This document shows, piece after piece, positions 35,997 to 46,600 of a DNA stretch of 64,000 nt. A model generated the notes under the pieces. The model worked only from the letters and a program-made list of their open reading frames with translations, ran no database searches and was not told the DNA's origin. Within the stretch, counting starts at the first letter, position 1. Each line of letters starts with the position of its first letter. This stretch comes from a virus. The position numbers and the translations under genes were made by a program. The DNA lies in IMG/VR virus record IMGVR_UViG_3300025141_000034, positions 1-64,000 of that record. The stretch is one strand, 5' to 3'.

Positions 35997-36470
35997 TTGG
36001 CAAGTAAAAGTTTTAAAAGTGTCGGAGATAAGATCTCTGACAGACAGTTTAATAGGGAGTTTGATCCTCTTCCGTTTGGAATCAAGACACCGCTAAGGTT
36101 TGGAACTGGCAGGTCTGGAATCTTTGACATGCACTATGGTCTCGGTGATCAGATACATGATAATCTAAGAAATCTACTGTTGACAAATCACGGAGAGCGG
36201 CTCGGTCACTATGAGTTCGGTGCAAATTTGAGAGCACTTACGACTGAGCGACTCTCAAATGATAGTTTTGACAATGAGGCAATGATAAGAATTAGAGACG
36301 CTGTTTCTCGCTGGATGCCGTTTATTAACTTGGATTCATTTGATTCATCATTTAAGTCTCCTCCAGATGTAGATTCTATTGCTGAGATTAACATAAGGAT
36401 ATTCTATAGTATTCCCAAGCTTAAGATAGTGAATAAGGGAATCGAGGTTATCTTACATTGTATAGGGTAG
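35997..36470 (+). CDS. Baseplate wedge protein, T4 gp25 / P2 gpW-like
   Basis: QIHDNLRNLLLTNHGERLGHYEFGANL...IRDAVSRWMPFI. Confidence 0.92.
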   Translation: MASKSFKSVGDKISDRQFNREFDPLPFGIKTPLRFGTGRSGIFDMHYGLGDQIHDNLRNLLLTNHGERLGHYEFGANLRALTTERLSNDSFDNEAMIRIRDAVSRWMPFINLDSFDSSFKSPPDVDSIAEINIRIFYSIPKLKIVNKGIEVILHCIG

Positions 36471-36474
36471 TGTA

Positions 36475-38307
36475 ATGGCAGTAAAGACAAATCTAAAGAA
36501 AGATCAACTAAGATCTTATCTCAATAAAGATTTTAACAGTTTTAGGGCAGATCTCTTGCTATATGCAAAGACGTTCTTTCCAGATCATATTCAGGATTTT
36601 TCTGAAGCCAGTCTCGGAGGTCTTCTACTTGACATGACAGCGTATGTTGGAGATGTCATGAGTTACTATCTAGATCATCAATTTAATGAGCTTGACATCG
36701 AGACTGCAGTTGAAAGCAAGAATATTGAGAAGCTTCTACGATCAGCGGGTGTTAAGATATCTGGTGCATCTCCCGCCGTCGCTGACGTTGATTTTTACAT
36801 CAGAGTTCCATCAGACTCATCTGACACAACTCTTCCTGTCCATAATTATCTGCCAAAGATCAATGAGGGAACAACACTTCAGTCTACAAACGGAATTACA
36901 TTTACTCTCTATGCTGATCTTGACTTTGCAGCGAAGGACGAAGATGGAAATTATCTATTTCAGCAAATTACACCCTCTGGTGCAGGATCTACACCGTCAA
37001 GTTATATACTAAAGATGTCAGGAAGGTGTGTCTCAGGTGACGTAAGCACTGAAAGATTTTCAATACCAAATGTCTTTATACCATTTAGAAAGATAACGAT
37101 ACCAAGAAGTAATGTGACTGAGGTTGTATACGTGTTTGACAGCGAGGGAAATGAGTACCACGAGGTTGGATCTCTTGTTCAGAATATTGTCTACAAGAGA
37201 GTTTCAAATGTCAGCTCTGACTCGTATGAGGTACCAGAAAACTTAGAGCTACTACCGGCTCCATACAGGTATGTTGCTGAGACTAGTGTGGTTGATGACA
37301 GAACTACTATTTTATTTGGATCGGGTCGAGCAGATTCACTCGATGATGATATCATTCCAGATCCTAGCGAGCTATCATTGCCACTATACGGAAAGAAGTC
37401 AGTTAAGAGATTTTCAATTGATCCAAACAATCTTTTAGAAACACAGAGTCTTGGAATTTCACCTATTAATACGACAATAACTGTGAAATATAGAAGGGGC
37501 GGCGGGCTATCTCACAATGCATCTCCTGGTGAAATAAATGCAGTTAGCACTCTCTTAACCACCTTTAACTCTGCAGTTCCTCCCTCAAGAGTCTCATCGA
37601 TAAGGGCATCAGTTGATGTTTTGAATCCACAGGCTGCTGCTGGAGGTGAGAATCCACTCCCACTTGAGGATTTAAAGCGTCTAATGGTGTCTGCTAGAAA
37701 TACACAGTCTAGAATAGTGACAAGGGATGATTTACTATCACATGTGTACATGATGCCTTCAAACTTTGGTAGAGTATTTAGGGCCGGTGTAAGATCTAAT
37801 CCAGACAATCCTCTCTCAACTAGACTTTATATCGTTAGCAGGACTAAAAGCGGGCTACTCACAACATCGCCTGATTCACTAAAAGATAATCTTTCTATAT
37901 TTTTAAATCAGAATAGACTGATATCAGATGCAATTGACATTCTAGATTCACCAGTTGTCAATATAGGTGTTAAGTATAGCGTAGTAATTAATAATATAGC
38001 AAATAAGAATACAGTGCTCCAGACAATAAATTCTAAGATTAAGAATTACTTTGGTACAGCAAATTTTCAAATAGATCAGCCTATATTTCTTACTGAAATT
38101 CAAAATATTATCATCAATACAAGCGGAGTTATTTCATTTTCTGAATTTGGTGTAATAGCACTAAGCGGAGAGTCGTCAGGTAGAATCTATTCTGATGTTA
38201 TTTTTGATGTTGATAATTCAACATTTAAGGGAATTTTAACACCACCAGACGGAGGTATCTTTGAAATGAGATACCCGACAGATGATATTATCGGTGTTGT
38301 GGAGTAG
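36475..38307 (+). CDS. Baseplate wedge protein, T4 gp6 / baseplate J-like
   Basis: YLNKDFNSFRADL, DFSEASLG, AYVGDVMSYYLD, ILFGSG, VKYRRGGG, AAGGENP, QSRIVTRDD. Confidence 0.92.
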   Translation: MAVKTNLKKDQLRSYLNKDFNSFRADLLLYAKTFFPDHIQDFSEASLGGLLLDMTAYVGDVMSYYLDHQFNELDIETAVESKNIEKLLRSAGVKISGASPAVADVDFYIRVPSDSSDTTLPVHNYLPKINEGTTLQSTNGITFTLYADLDFAAKDEDGNYLFQQITPSGAGSTPSSYILKMSGRCVSGDVSTERFSIPNVFIPFRKITIPRSNVTEVVYVFDSEGNEYHEVGSLVQNIVYKRVSNVSSDSYEVPENLELLPAPYRYVAETSVVDDRTTILFGSGRADSLDDDIIPDPSELSLPLYGKKSVKRFSIDPNNLLETQSLGISPINTTITVKYRRGGGLSHNASPGEINAVSTLLTTFNSAVPPSRVSSIRASVDVLNPQAAAGGENPLPLEDLKRLMVSARNTQSRIVTRDDLLSHVYMMPSNFGRVFRAGVRSNPDNPLSTRLYIVSRTKSGLLTTSPDSLKDNLSIFLNQNRLISDAIDILDSPVVNIGVKYSVVINNIANKNTVLQTINSKIKNYFGTANFQIDQPIFLTEIQNIIINTSGVISFSEFGVIALSGESSGRIYSDVIFDVDNSTFKGILTPPDGGIFEMRYPTDDIIGVVE

Positions 38308-38309
38308 AG

Positions 38310-39848
38310 ATGTATAGAATACTTACAGCTAGTAAAGATGCTTATATCACAAATAAGATCATCAATAATGACATAAGGGCAACAGATGCTAATACAGGTC
38401 AAGCTGGAACGCTTGATCTATTTAAGCTTTATGCTGAATCTACATCTGGATCAGATACCTCTCCCACTGAGCTTTCAAGAGTGTTGATAAAGTTTGATCT
38501 AGATCCACTTAGGTCGATCACAGGATCATTTTTAGACTATTCTCACTCCTCGTTTAAGTGCTTTTTAAAGCTAAAAGATGTCTACGGTGGCCAGACAACA
38601 CCCTCTAATTTTAGATTATTAGTTGCTCCGCTATCTAAGTCATTTGATGAAGGTGTGGGAAGGGATATAATTTCATTTTCCGACCTTGACTCTTGCAATT
38701 TTGTCACGTCCTCTGTATCCGGTGAGACTCCAGCGACATGGACACTTACGGGATCAAATAAGGAGGGTGTTCTTGGAAGCGATGATCTTGACATCATTAC
38801 AAGTGGCAATCTTCATGATGGTAACGGTGTTACCTTCTTATGGAAAGATCAGCTATTTGAAACCGGAGATGAAGATCTTAATATTGATATAACCACCATC
38901 GTATCCGGCGTCTTGGCTGGACAGATTCCAGATCACGGGTTGAGAATCTCATATTCAGGAACACAGGAGACAGATGAGAAGACTAGGTTTGTTAAGCGGT
39001 TCGGATCTAGACACGCAACTACTTTTGAAAATAGACCTAGCATAGTCATTCACTATAACGACAGGCAGGAGGATCATCACAAGAGCTTCTTCTTTAATCT
39101 CACGGGATCTATATTTTTAAATAACTTTCACAGAAGCCAGCCTGCCAATATGCTATCAGGATCAACTGCAACTGCCGTAAAGGGAGATAATTGTGTAGTT
39201 GTTCGTGTTGTATCTGGATCAAATTCTCAAGGAACCTATTTTTCAAAATCAATAACAGGATCTCAGCACAAGATAGGAGACAGTTATATAACTGGTGTAT
39301 ACTCTGCTACTTTTGCCATATCTGAATTTGCATCAGGGACATTGAGAGATGAGGTAATTAATGCAGCTTCAGCATCTTTTGATGTCTTCTGGGGCTCAAC
39401 TGATTACACACTTGGATATCACACCGGTTCTCTTGTGATTAACAACGTCAGGAGAACAAGCTTTGATAACTCTCCAGATAAGCTATTTTTAAATGTGACA
39501 AATTTAAAGTCTAACTATAGATCATTTGAAAAGGTAAGATTGAGGGTATTTGTGGAAAATCTAGGAAAAGAGGTTGTCTTTAAAAAGGCACCGCTTGAGT
39601 CATCAAGTGAGATATTTACTCAGATGTACTATAGGGTGAGAGATGCATTTAATGGAAAAATTGTTGTTCCATTTGACAAGGCATACAAGTCGACACTTCT
39701 CTCAACTGACTCTGATGGAATGTTTTTTGACTTCTACATGGATACTCTGTCATCAGGTAGGGTATACATCTTTGACTTTCTAATAAAGGATTTCGGAGCT
39801 GATAGGGTCTTTACCAATGTGGGAAATAAATTTCGTGTGGATGAATAA
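38310..39848 (+). CDS. Virion/baseplate-associated protein (DNRLRE-like N-terminal beta domain)
   Basis: ASKDAYI, SRVLIKFDL, NIDITTIV, HGLRI, RPSIVIHY pattern; lies within the baseplate module. Confidence 0.6.
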   Translation: MYRILTASKDAYITNKIINNDIRATDANTGQAGTLDLFKLYAESTSGSDTSPTELSRVLIKFDLDPLRSITGSFLDYSHSSFKCFLKLKDVYGGQTTPSNFRLLVAPLSKSFDEGVGRDIISFSDLDSCNFVTSSVSGETPATWTLTGSNKEGVLGSDDLDIITSGNLHDGNGVTFLWKDQLFETGDEDLNIDITTIVSGVLAGQIPDHGLRISYSGTQETDEKTRFVKRFGSRHATTFENRPSIVIHYNDRQEDHHKSFFFNLTGSIFLNNFHRSQPANMLSGSTATAVKGDNCVVVRVVSGSNSQGTYFSKSITGSQHKIGDSYITGVYSATFAISEFASGTLRDEVINAASASFDVFWGSTDYTLGYHTGSLVINNVRRTSFDNSPDKLFLNVTNLKSNYRSFEKVRLRVFVENLGKEVVFKKAPLESSSEIFTQMYYRVRDAFNGKIVVPFDKAYKSTLLSTDSDGMFFDFYMDTLSSGRVYIFDFLIKDFGADRVFTNVGNKFRVDE

Positions 39849-42800
39849 TGTCAAAAGAAGATCGTGTACTTGTTCAAAATAAGCCCAAGCTATTTAAACC
39901 TGCTACAATTAGAGGAATTAAAAAAGGGCCGGGAAGAACCAGAGAGACAAGTCTCTCAGATCTAAAAGATACAAACATAGAGAGTACGTCGTCATTTAGG
40001 TATGATCAGCCTGGTGATGGAATAAAGTCAACACAGCAGCTTGACATAGACTGGAGTGACTTTGAGAATCACACATTCTTTAACTCAGCAGTCTCAAAGG
40101 TAAATGTCGCATTTGATAGAATAATCAATGACTTTCCCTTCGATGGAACGAGAAGGAATATTGAGGCGTACACAGACTCTCTAACGGGATATGAGAAGTA
40201 CATTCTAGACATATTCCCTAGGAATGTAGGATATCTAAATTTTTTGGGAAGTAGCACAGCAGGTCTCGACCAGGGAATCTTTATAAAGGTCAGAGATCAG
40301 GCAGGAAGTCTATTTCCACAGTTTTCAAGTCTCAATACCGGAGAGAACGTCTTAGATCCAAGCACAGGGTCGTTCTCAATTGAGATGCAGCTTCTTTGTG
40401 CAGCAGCCACAAATAATGAGCAGGTCATATGTCAGCGTCTAGTGTCAGATAGCTATGGATTTGGATTACTCCTGTCTGGATCATCTTCAACAACAGAGGC
40501 ACGAATTCTTTTCTCTGTAATGTCTGGATCAAGCACCCAAATAGCATCTGGAACAATTGACAAAGGATCATTTCAACACGTATGCGCTGTGTGTGATAGA
40601 ACAGATGGAGTCAATAAGCTTAGGCTATATTCAAATGAAAAGTTCATTGGTGAGTCAGATGGTCAAGTAGAGATAGGTGACGTGGGATTTACAGCTGATC
40701 ACTACTTTACAATCGGATCAGGATCAATACAGCACCTAAGCGGAACTGATAGCGGATCCGAGACACCCGCTTCGAAATACACTCCTTTGGAAACATTTTC
40801 AGGTTCTATGGATGAGTTTAGATTCTTTAATTCTGTTAGAGCACTTGACGATCAAAAGCGGTATGCTAAGAAGACAATCTACTCATCTCACGATCTTAGG
40901 CTGTACTTTAAGTTTAACGAGCCAAGCGGATCTACAGGCGTCAATGATGTTGTCTTAGACAGCTCTGGTAAGTCACTACACGCTAGGGTGACAAACTACC
41001 TTGATGCTGGTTCCGGAATAGCTCTGAGAAGCTCTAGCTCCTTCTATGGATCAGAAATTAAGTCTCCCATGGTTGATGAGGATATTAACCTCGCACCTGT
41101 GCTATTTCCAAAATTTGAAAGAGTCACTGAGTTAAATACGAAACTTTTAACAACTGCAAGCCTGTACGATAATGAGAATCCAAATCTCATAACGAAGCTA
41201 ATTCCACAACACTACCTCGAGGACGGTCAGTACTTTCAAGGGCTTTCGTCAATAGACGGAGGAATAGGTGGGCACTACTCTGGATCATCCATTCCGGGAA
41301 CAGGCGACCTGGGCTCAGCACAGCTTCTTTCTGCCCTTCTATTCATATACGCAAAACAGTTTGATGAGATCAAGCTATTCATCGATGAATTCTCAAATAT
41401 CATTCACGTCGACTACGATGCCTCAAACTCTGTCTCAGATCCATTTCTTCAATTTGCTGGAAAGTATCTCGGAATAGAGCTTCCTAGAATCTTTAACAAT
41501 GCAAGCATCATTCAAGGTGTAGATGGAGAGAATCTAGGCTTGGATCAGGCAAAGGCTGCTAACTCACTAAACTATGTTCAGAACTTGATTTGGAGAAGAA
41601 TTCTGACAAATATGGGTGAAATTACAAGGTCGAGAGGAACTAAGCACAGCGTCAAGGCGCTTATCAGATCAATTGGAATTGAACCAGATAACATCTTAAG
41701 AATTAGGGAGTTTGGTGGCCCCTCTACAAAGACGCTTAGAAATTTACGCGTCAACAGATCAGAGGTCTCAACCATGCTAGACTTCTCTGGATCACTTGGA
41801 GTTCCTTCCCAGGGCTGGACAGCTTCTAATCTCAACTATCAGGGATTTTCAACTGGCTCATCACAATCACCTAGAATAATGTCACCCTATCTAAGCGCAA
41901 GTAGATTTGAGGTGGGATTTCCAACACCGATCGGAACCTTTGTAAGTAAGCACATAGACTACACCACGACAGTGCTCACTGGGTCAGTTAATTTTTCAGA
42001 TGGTAAGTTTAATCCCATATGGAATCACAGCGTTCACGGACACTCAAATAATAATAATGATGGTCTTTTTACATCTGGCTCCTGGTCCTATGAGGCAATA
42101 TACCAGATTCCAAAGCTTACAACAGGCTCTCACTTCTTAACTCAAAGCCTCGCTAGAATGCATGTTACAGGAGCATCATCACCTTGTGATAAGCATGGTG
42201 TTATTTTTAATTTAATTGCGTACTCTGGTTCAAGAAGAATTGACTTATTTGGAAGACCGGGATGGGCTCAAAATCTAGTTTCATCACCTGAGATGAGACT
42301 TATCTTAACAGGTCCTGATATTTTTGATGGAAATCTCTGGAATGTTTGCTTCGGAAGGTTTAGATCTGATGACCCAACCTCAGGGAGCGGAGTTCACGGT
42401 AGCTCCTCTTTTTATCTACGTTGCTCTAGAAATAATTACGGAGAGCTCAAGGAGTATTTTACCACAGCTAGCCTGTTTAAGGGTGAACGTGATTCAGCTA
42501 GCATCTATCAGGGCGGGCTACAACAGAGAGTCTTATCGTCCTATAACGAGCTAGGATCGTTTATTGTAATCGGCTCTCAGAGCATTGATAGATCAACCAG
42601 GCTTTTAAACGACGTTACTAGACTACCAGATGATGAGTGGTCTGCCGCTAGGTACACACAATTTTCAGGAAGAGTAGGTCACATTAGATTCTGGTCAAAA
42701 GCAGTGACGAATACTGAGTTCGAGGAGCACACTAGAAACTTTAAGTCGCTAGGAGTTGACAATCCAAAGATTAACTTTAACTTTGATAGAACAACAACAG

Positions 42801-43621
42801 GTTCGTTTGGAAAATTAAGACTTGACGTCTCTACAGATCAGCCGACCACAAAGTCAGATGCGCTTGGTACGATAACACTTACAGATTTTTCTCAACATTT
42901 TGTGTTCAGCGGATCAGCCCAGCGTCCTTGGAGCATATTTCAGTCATCTGCAAAGCTCGAAGCCTCCGCTGTAAAGGTAGCCTCAGCCAGCTTCTTTCAC
43001 ATGTCAGGATCAGGATTTGAGCCCAATAGAGAGAGGGTGATTAAGCCTCACACATTTCACTATAGCCATATTTCTCCTCACTTTGACCTATCTGAGACTG
43101 ATAGCAAAGTGAGGGTTAGAAGCTACCTGGAACCAGATAAGATAGAGGCAAGTGACTACGCATATCCCGCACCGCTTTATGACATCCCAAGGTCAGATAT
43201 TCCAGATGATGATATAAGATTTGCCATCGACTTTTCAATTGTCCAGGCATTAAATGAAGATATCATGACTCTCTTTTCCTCACTGGACTTCTTTAATAAT
43301 GCACTCGGCGATCCAAATTTAATGTTCGACGACTACTATCCAGATCTCGAGCAGCTAAGAAAGATTTATTTTAATCGTCTTGTAGATAAGATTAATATTA
43401 AGCAATTTTTTGAGTTCTTTAAGTGGTTTGATACAATGCTAGGTGTCATGATTGAGCAATTAATTCCCAAGAAGACTAATTTTAATGGAATTAATTTTGT
43501 GATAGAGTCTCATGTTCTTGAGCGACACAGGATGAGATATTTATCAGATGATATTTATTTAAAGCTATCTGAAAGAGAGTCAACATTTTCAGATCTTGTT
43601 GACAAGAATCTCGAGGACTAG
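39848..43621 (+). CDS. Large baseplate protein with two LamG-like domains and a gp7/gpI-like wedge segment
   Basis: FQHVCAV...FSGSMDEFRFFN...LYFKFNE; WRRILTN...RGTKHSVKALIRSIG; WNVCF...FSGRVGHIRFWSKA. Confidence 0.75.
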   Translation: MSKEDRVLVQNKPKLFKPATIRGIKKGPGRTRETSLSDLKDTNIESTSSFRYDQPGDGIKSTQQLDIDWSDFENHTFFNSAVSKVNVAFDRIINDFPFDGTRRNIEAYTDSLTGYEKYILDIFPRNVGYLNFLGSSTAGLDQGIFIKVRDQAGSLFPQFSSLNTGENVLDPSTGSFSIEMQLLCAAATNNEQVICQRLVSDSYGFGLLLSGSSSTTEARILFSVMSGSSTQIASGTIDKGSFQHVCAVCDRTDGVNKLRLYSNEKFIGESDGQVEIGDVGFTADHYFTIGSGSIQHLSGTDSGSETPASKYTPLETFSGSMDEFRFFNSVRALDDQKRYAKKTIYSSHDLRLYFKFNEPSGSTGVNDVVLDSSGKSLHARVTNYLDAGSGIALRSSSSFYGSEIKSPMVDEDINLAPVLFPKFERVTELNTKLLTTASLYDNENPNLITKLIPQHYLEDGQYFQGLSSIDGGIGGHYSGSSIPGTGDLGSAQLLSALLFIYAKQFDEIKLFIDEFSNIIHVDYDASNSVSDPFLQFAGKYLGIELPRIFNNASIIQGVDGENLGLDQAKAANSLNYVQNLIWRRILTNMGEITRSRGTKHSVKALIRSIGIEPDNILRIREFGGPSTKTLRNLRVNRSEVSTMLDFSGSLGVPSQGWTASNLNYQGFSTGSSQSPRIMSPYLSASRFEVGFPTPIGTFVSKHIDYTTTVLTGSVNFSDGKFNPIWNHSVHGHSNNNNDGLFTSGSWSYEAIYQIPKLTTGSHFLTQSLARMHVTGASSPCDKHGVIFNLIAYSGSRRIDLFGRPGWAQNLVSSPEMRLILTGPDIFDGNLWNVCFGRFRSDDPTSGSGVHGSSSFYLRCSRNNYGELKEYFTTASLFKGERDSASIYQGGLQQRVLSSYNELGSFIVIGSQSIDRSTRLLNDVTRLPDDEWSAARYTQFSGRVGHIRFWSKAVTNTEFEEHTRNFKSLGVDNPKINFNFDRTTTGSFGKLRLDVSTDQPTTKSDALGTITLTDFSQHFVFSGSAQRPWSIFQSSAKLEASAVKVASASFFHMSGSGFEPNRERVIKPHTFHYSHISPHFDLSETDSKVRVRSYLEPDKIEASDYAYPAPLYDIPRSDIPDDDIRFAIDFSIVQALNEDIMTLFSSLDFFNNALGDPNLMFDDYYPDLEQLRKIYFNRLVDKINIKQFFEFFKWFDTMLGVMIEQLIPKKTNFNGINFVIESHVLERHRMRYLSDDIYLKLSERESTFSDLVDKNLED

Positions 43622-43624
43622 AAG

Positions 43625-46600
43625 ATGCCAGTATCTCCCTTTAAAGATAGGTTTGGAAAGGCTTTAGCTCTAACCGGCTCAGCTTCAGGATCATCTCCGC
43701 CTTCTGTCGGCGTAAGCTCATCATTTAAGATACTGAATACAGCAGCTGGAGGAATGAAGACAGCTAAGATTGACATCTATAGACAGGGTGTGAGCATAAC
43801 ATCAAGACGATATATCAGGAGAGATTCACCCTCAACAGTTAACGTATCTGGTCAGACTGCAACAATTGGCTCACTTCCAGTCTTAACATCTAACGGCATG
43901 GACGGTGAGACACTAGAGGAGATCCACGCTATTGAGGTTAGGGATTTTGGTCAACCCAAGCTATTCGTTGACGATGAGCCATTTGAAGACATGGCCTCCA
44001 TGAAGATCCATACCAGAATCTCATCAGATATAACCTCCGCGTATGGTGGTGCGATAGCGTATCTAAATGATACCAATCAGCAGCTATATCCAGTAATATT
44101 ATCTAATGTTTCAATGAAATATCCGGATCAGATGGACGGTGTCATCGAGCCATTTCCAATCAGAGAGGTTATAAGTAACAGATCTGCTGAGACTCCGTTT
44201 GTTGCCCACAGGGTAAGGGCAGATATTTTAGATGGAAATATTGAGGAATCTTACGGCTCTGATAGGGTGACACAGATTATGTCTGTGACAGCTTCACAGC
44301 AAATTGATCCATTTATAGATTCTGCTGAGATAGCTATGGCAGATGGTGGTACATTTACGCTATTTGCACCAGGATTTACATCTGATCTTCAGCGAATTTT
44401 ACCACCCTTTCTTGACAGAGGTTCACCCGGTGCTGAGGGTAAGGAGAGATTTTGTAAGATTCTTGTTGGAACAGGATCTCTAAGGGATTTAGGTCTCATT
44501 GACAGCCATCACAAGTCAGCAGGTTCAGGATTCACCTATGGAAATAATCCAGAAGGAACAGATTCACTAGCATTCGGTGGGCTTCTCAGTACAGGCTCTA
44601 CAAGCATGTCAAGATTCTTAAGCAAGCCCCCGCGTCTTGAGTTAAGGGAGACAGACTCTAGAACTGGATCATATCCGACTATCAATAGAACAGGTGATAG
44701 GAGTAGACATGGAAAGTATAGCATTAACTTTGACGATAGAAAGACAGTCATCTTTACATCTGCTTCTGCTGTGTACCCACAGGTTTTAAACTTTGACTCC
44801 CCAAGCTTTATCTTTCCAACGAGCTCACTAGGAAAGGTCACAAGAAATCTAAGAAAAGGTGTGTCAGACATACGTGTTGAGTTTACACCAGGAGAGGCCT
44901 TAGGGCCATATGACGATAGCCTGATATCTCTGGGATCAAGTTCATTCTACATGACAGGAACAACAACCGATATAATGGATGGATTTTCTGGTCCGCTCAA
45001 GAGTAAGACACAGATATTTTTTGACGTCACTCCCAGTGAGACACTTACGCTGACTAGATCGCCCAATAGTAGATTTAGTATATTGGATTCAGGTGCAGAA
45101 TCTACAAAGACAGGATTTGCATACTGGAATAGCACATCTCGACGGTGGGAGCAAATAGGGCTTAAAGATCCTGCAACAGGGGCTGATATTAAGTTTGACT
45201 ACGCAGCAGAAGGCTCCGCAATAAACAATGTCACTAGTGGAACAAACACATATCCCCAGCAGTTTACACCATGTCAGCACACGACATTTACAAAAGGTCA
45301 AATAATTGGAAAACCTTTCAATAGTGTTCTTAGGTCAAGGCTATATCACCTAATAGGTTCTCCAACAGTCTCTTCTTTTGCGCCGTTTAAGACCACCTAT
45401 CACGCAACAAGCAGCCAGACGATAAGCATGTCTGACTATATCTCACACCCATTTCTCTTAGAAAAAATCGTCGTTAAGATGGAGGGGCGTGCACAGAGAG
45501 TGCACCCTAGGGCAAAAGAGGGTGCTGCGATTAGGCATCAAGATGATTACATGTTTTTCATCTACAGACAGGAAAGGAGAAATCCAAGCGGAAGCTTTAG
45601 AGGGGGTGGGCCTGACGATAACTCACCAGGAACGCCGACGCCGTCAAATTTCTTCAGAGTGGATTCTGCGACTGATATCTCAGGAAGCCAACGATTTCTT
45701 GTTTGCAGCGGAGCGATGACATTCTATCAGGGAACTGTTGCTACAACAGATGCAGGATCAAATAGAGTTACTTACGACTATAAGCCAGTTAACTCTCCAG
45801 CATTCTCCTATGATTTTAACATTCTAGCTGCAGGAGCAACACAGAGAGTTGGAGCGTTTACAGGATCCATTAAGCTAGAGATCGAACCAGCAGTGGCAAC
45901 ACAGGGAATAAAGGGTAGGTCAGTTATCTTTGATAGTGATTCTCCAAATGCAGCAACAAGAGGTGCTGGTATCTATCACTACTGGCCCGGTGGAACAACG
46001 TCAAAACCATTTATGCACGGTGGGCATAGAGTCAATATTACAGACTCCTATGACATGGTCAAACCCTCAATATATACAGGAAAGGCTGGAATTGATGCGT
46101 CATACGGCCAGTGGACATTTACTCAAATAACAAATGGTACTGTTCCAAAGTCAAGTCTCGGACCAAGACAGCTTCCAATAACTGAGATAGATTCAAGAAC
46201 CTTTAGGCCTTTAGGCGGACCCATCGGTGACCCTATTGAATTTGGAAATAATACAAATGCAGCTAAGGGAATGGCTCCGAGAAGGGATGCAAATCAGTCA
46301 GCTAAGTCACCCTACATTCTATTTCCTGAAGATAAGATTGTCTTTGGTCTAGAGGCAGCCATTGCGCCAGGAGACATATCAAGCATGACAGGGTCAGGAA
46401 ATGCTGGTGGAGGATTCGGTGGGCAAAATTCACTTACCGGATCTAAGCTTGAGATATTTCAGTCAGACTCTAGACAGACAATTGTATTTTACGGATCACT
46501 CATAAGAGATGGAAAGGAACATCACGACACACTTAACCAGCCGTTGACATCTGACGCCATTCACGAGATGATCTTCGAGCCAGTCGTTGATCAGTGGGAC

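Noticed and set aside
33288-43621. T6SS or extracellular contractile injection system (Afp/PVC) instead of phage
   Set aside because: No TssJLM/ClpV or Afp15-type ATPase is seen. T4-like gp6, a gp55-like sigma, Cas4-like and RuvC-like genes fit a large myophage better. It cannot be fully excluded without capsid genes.
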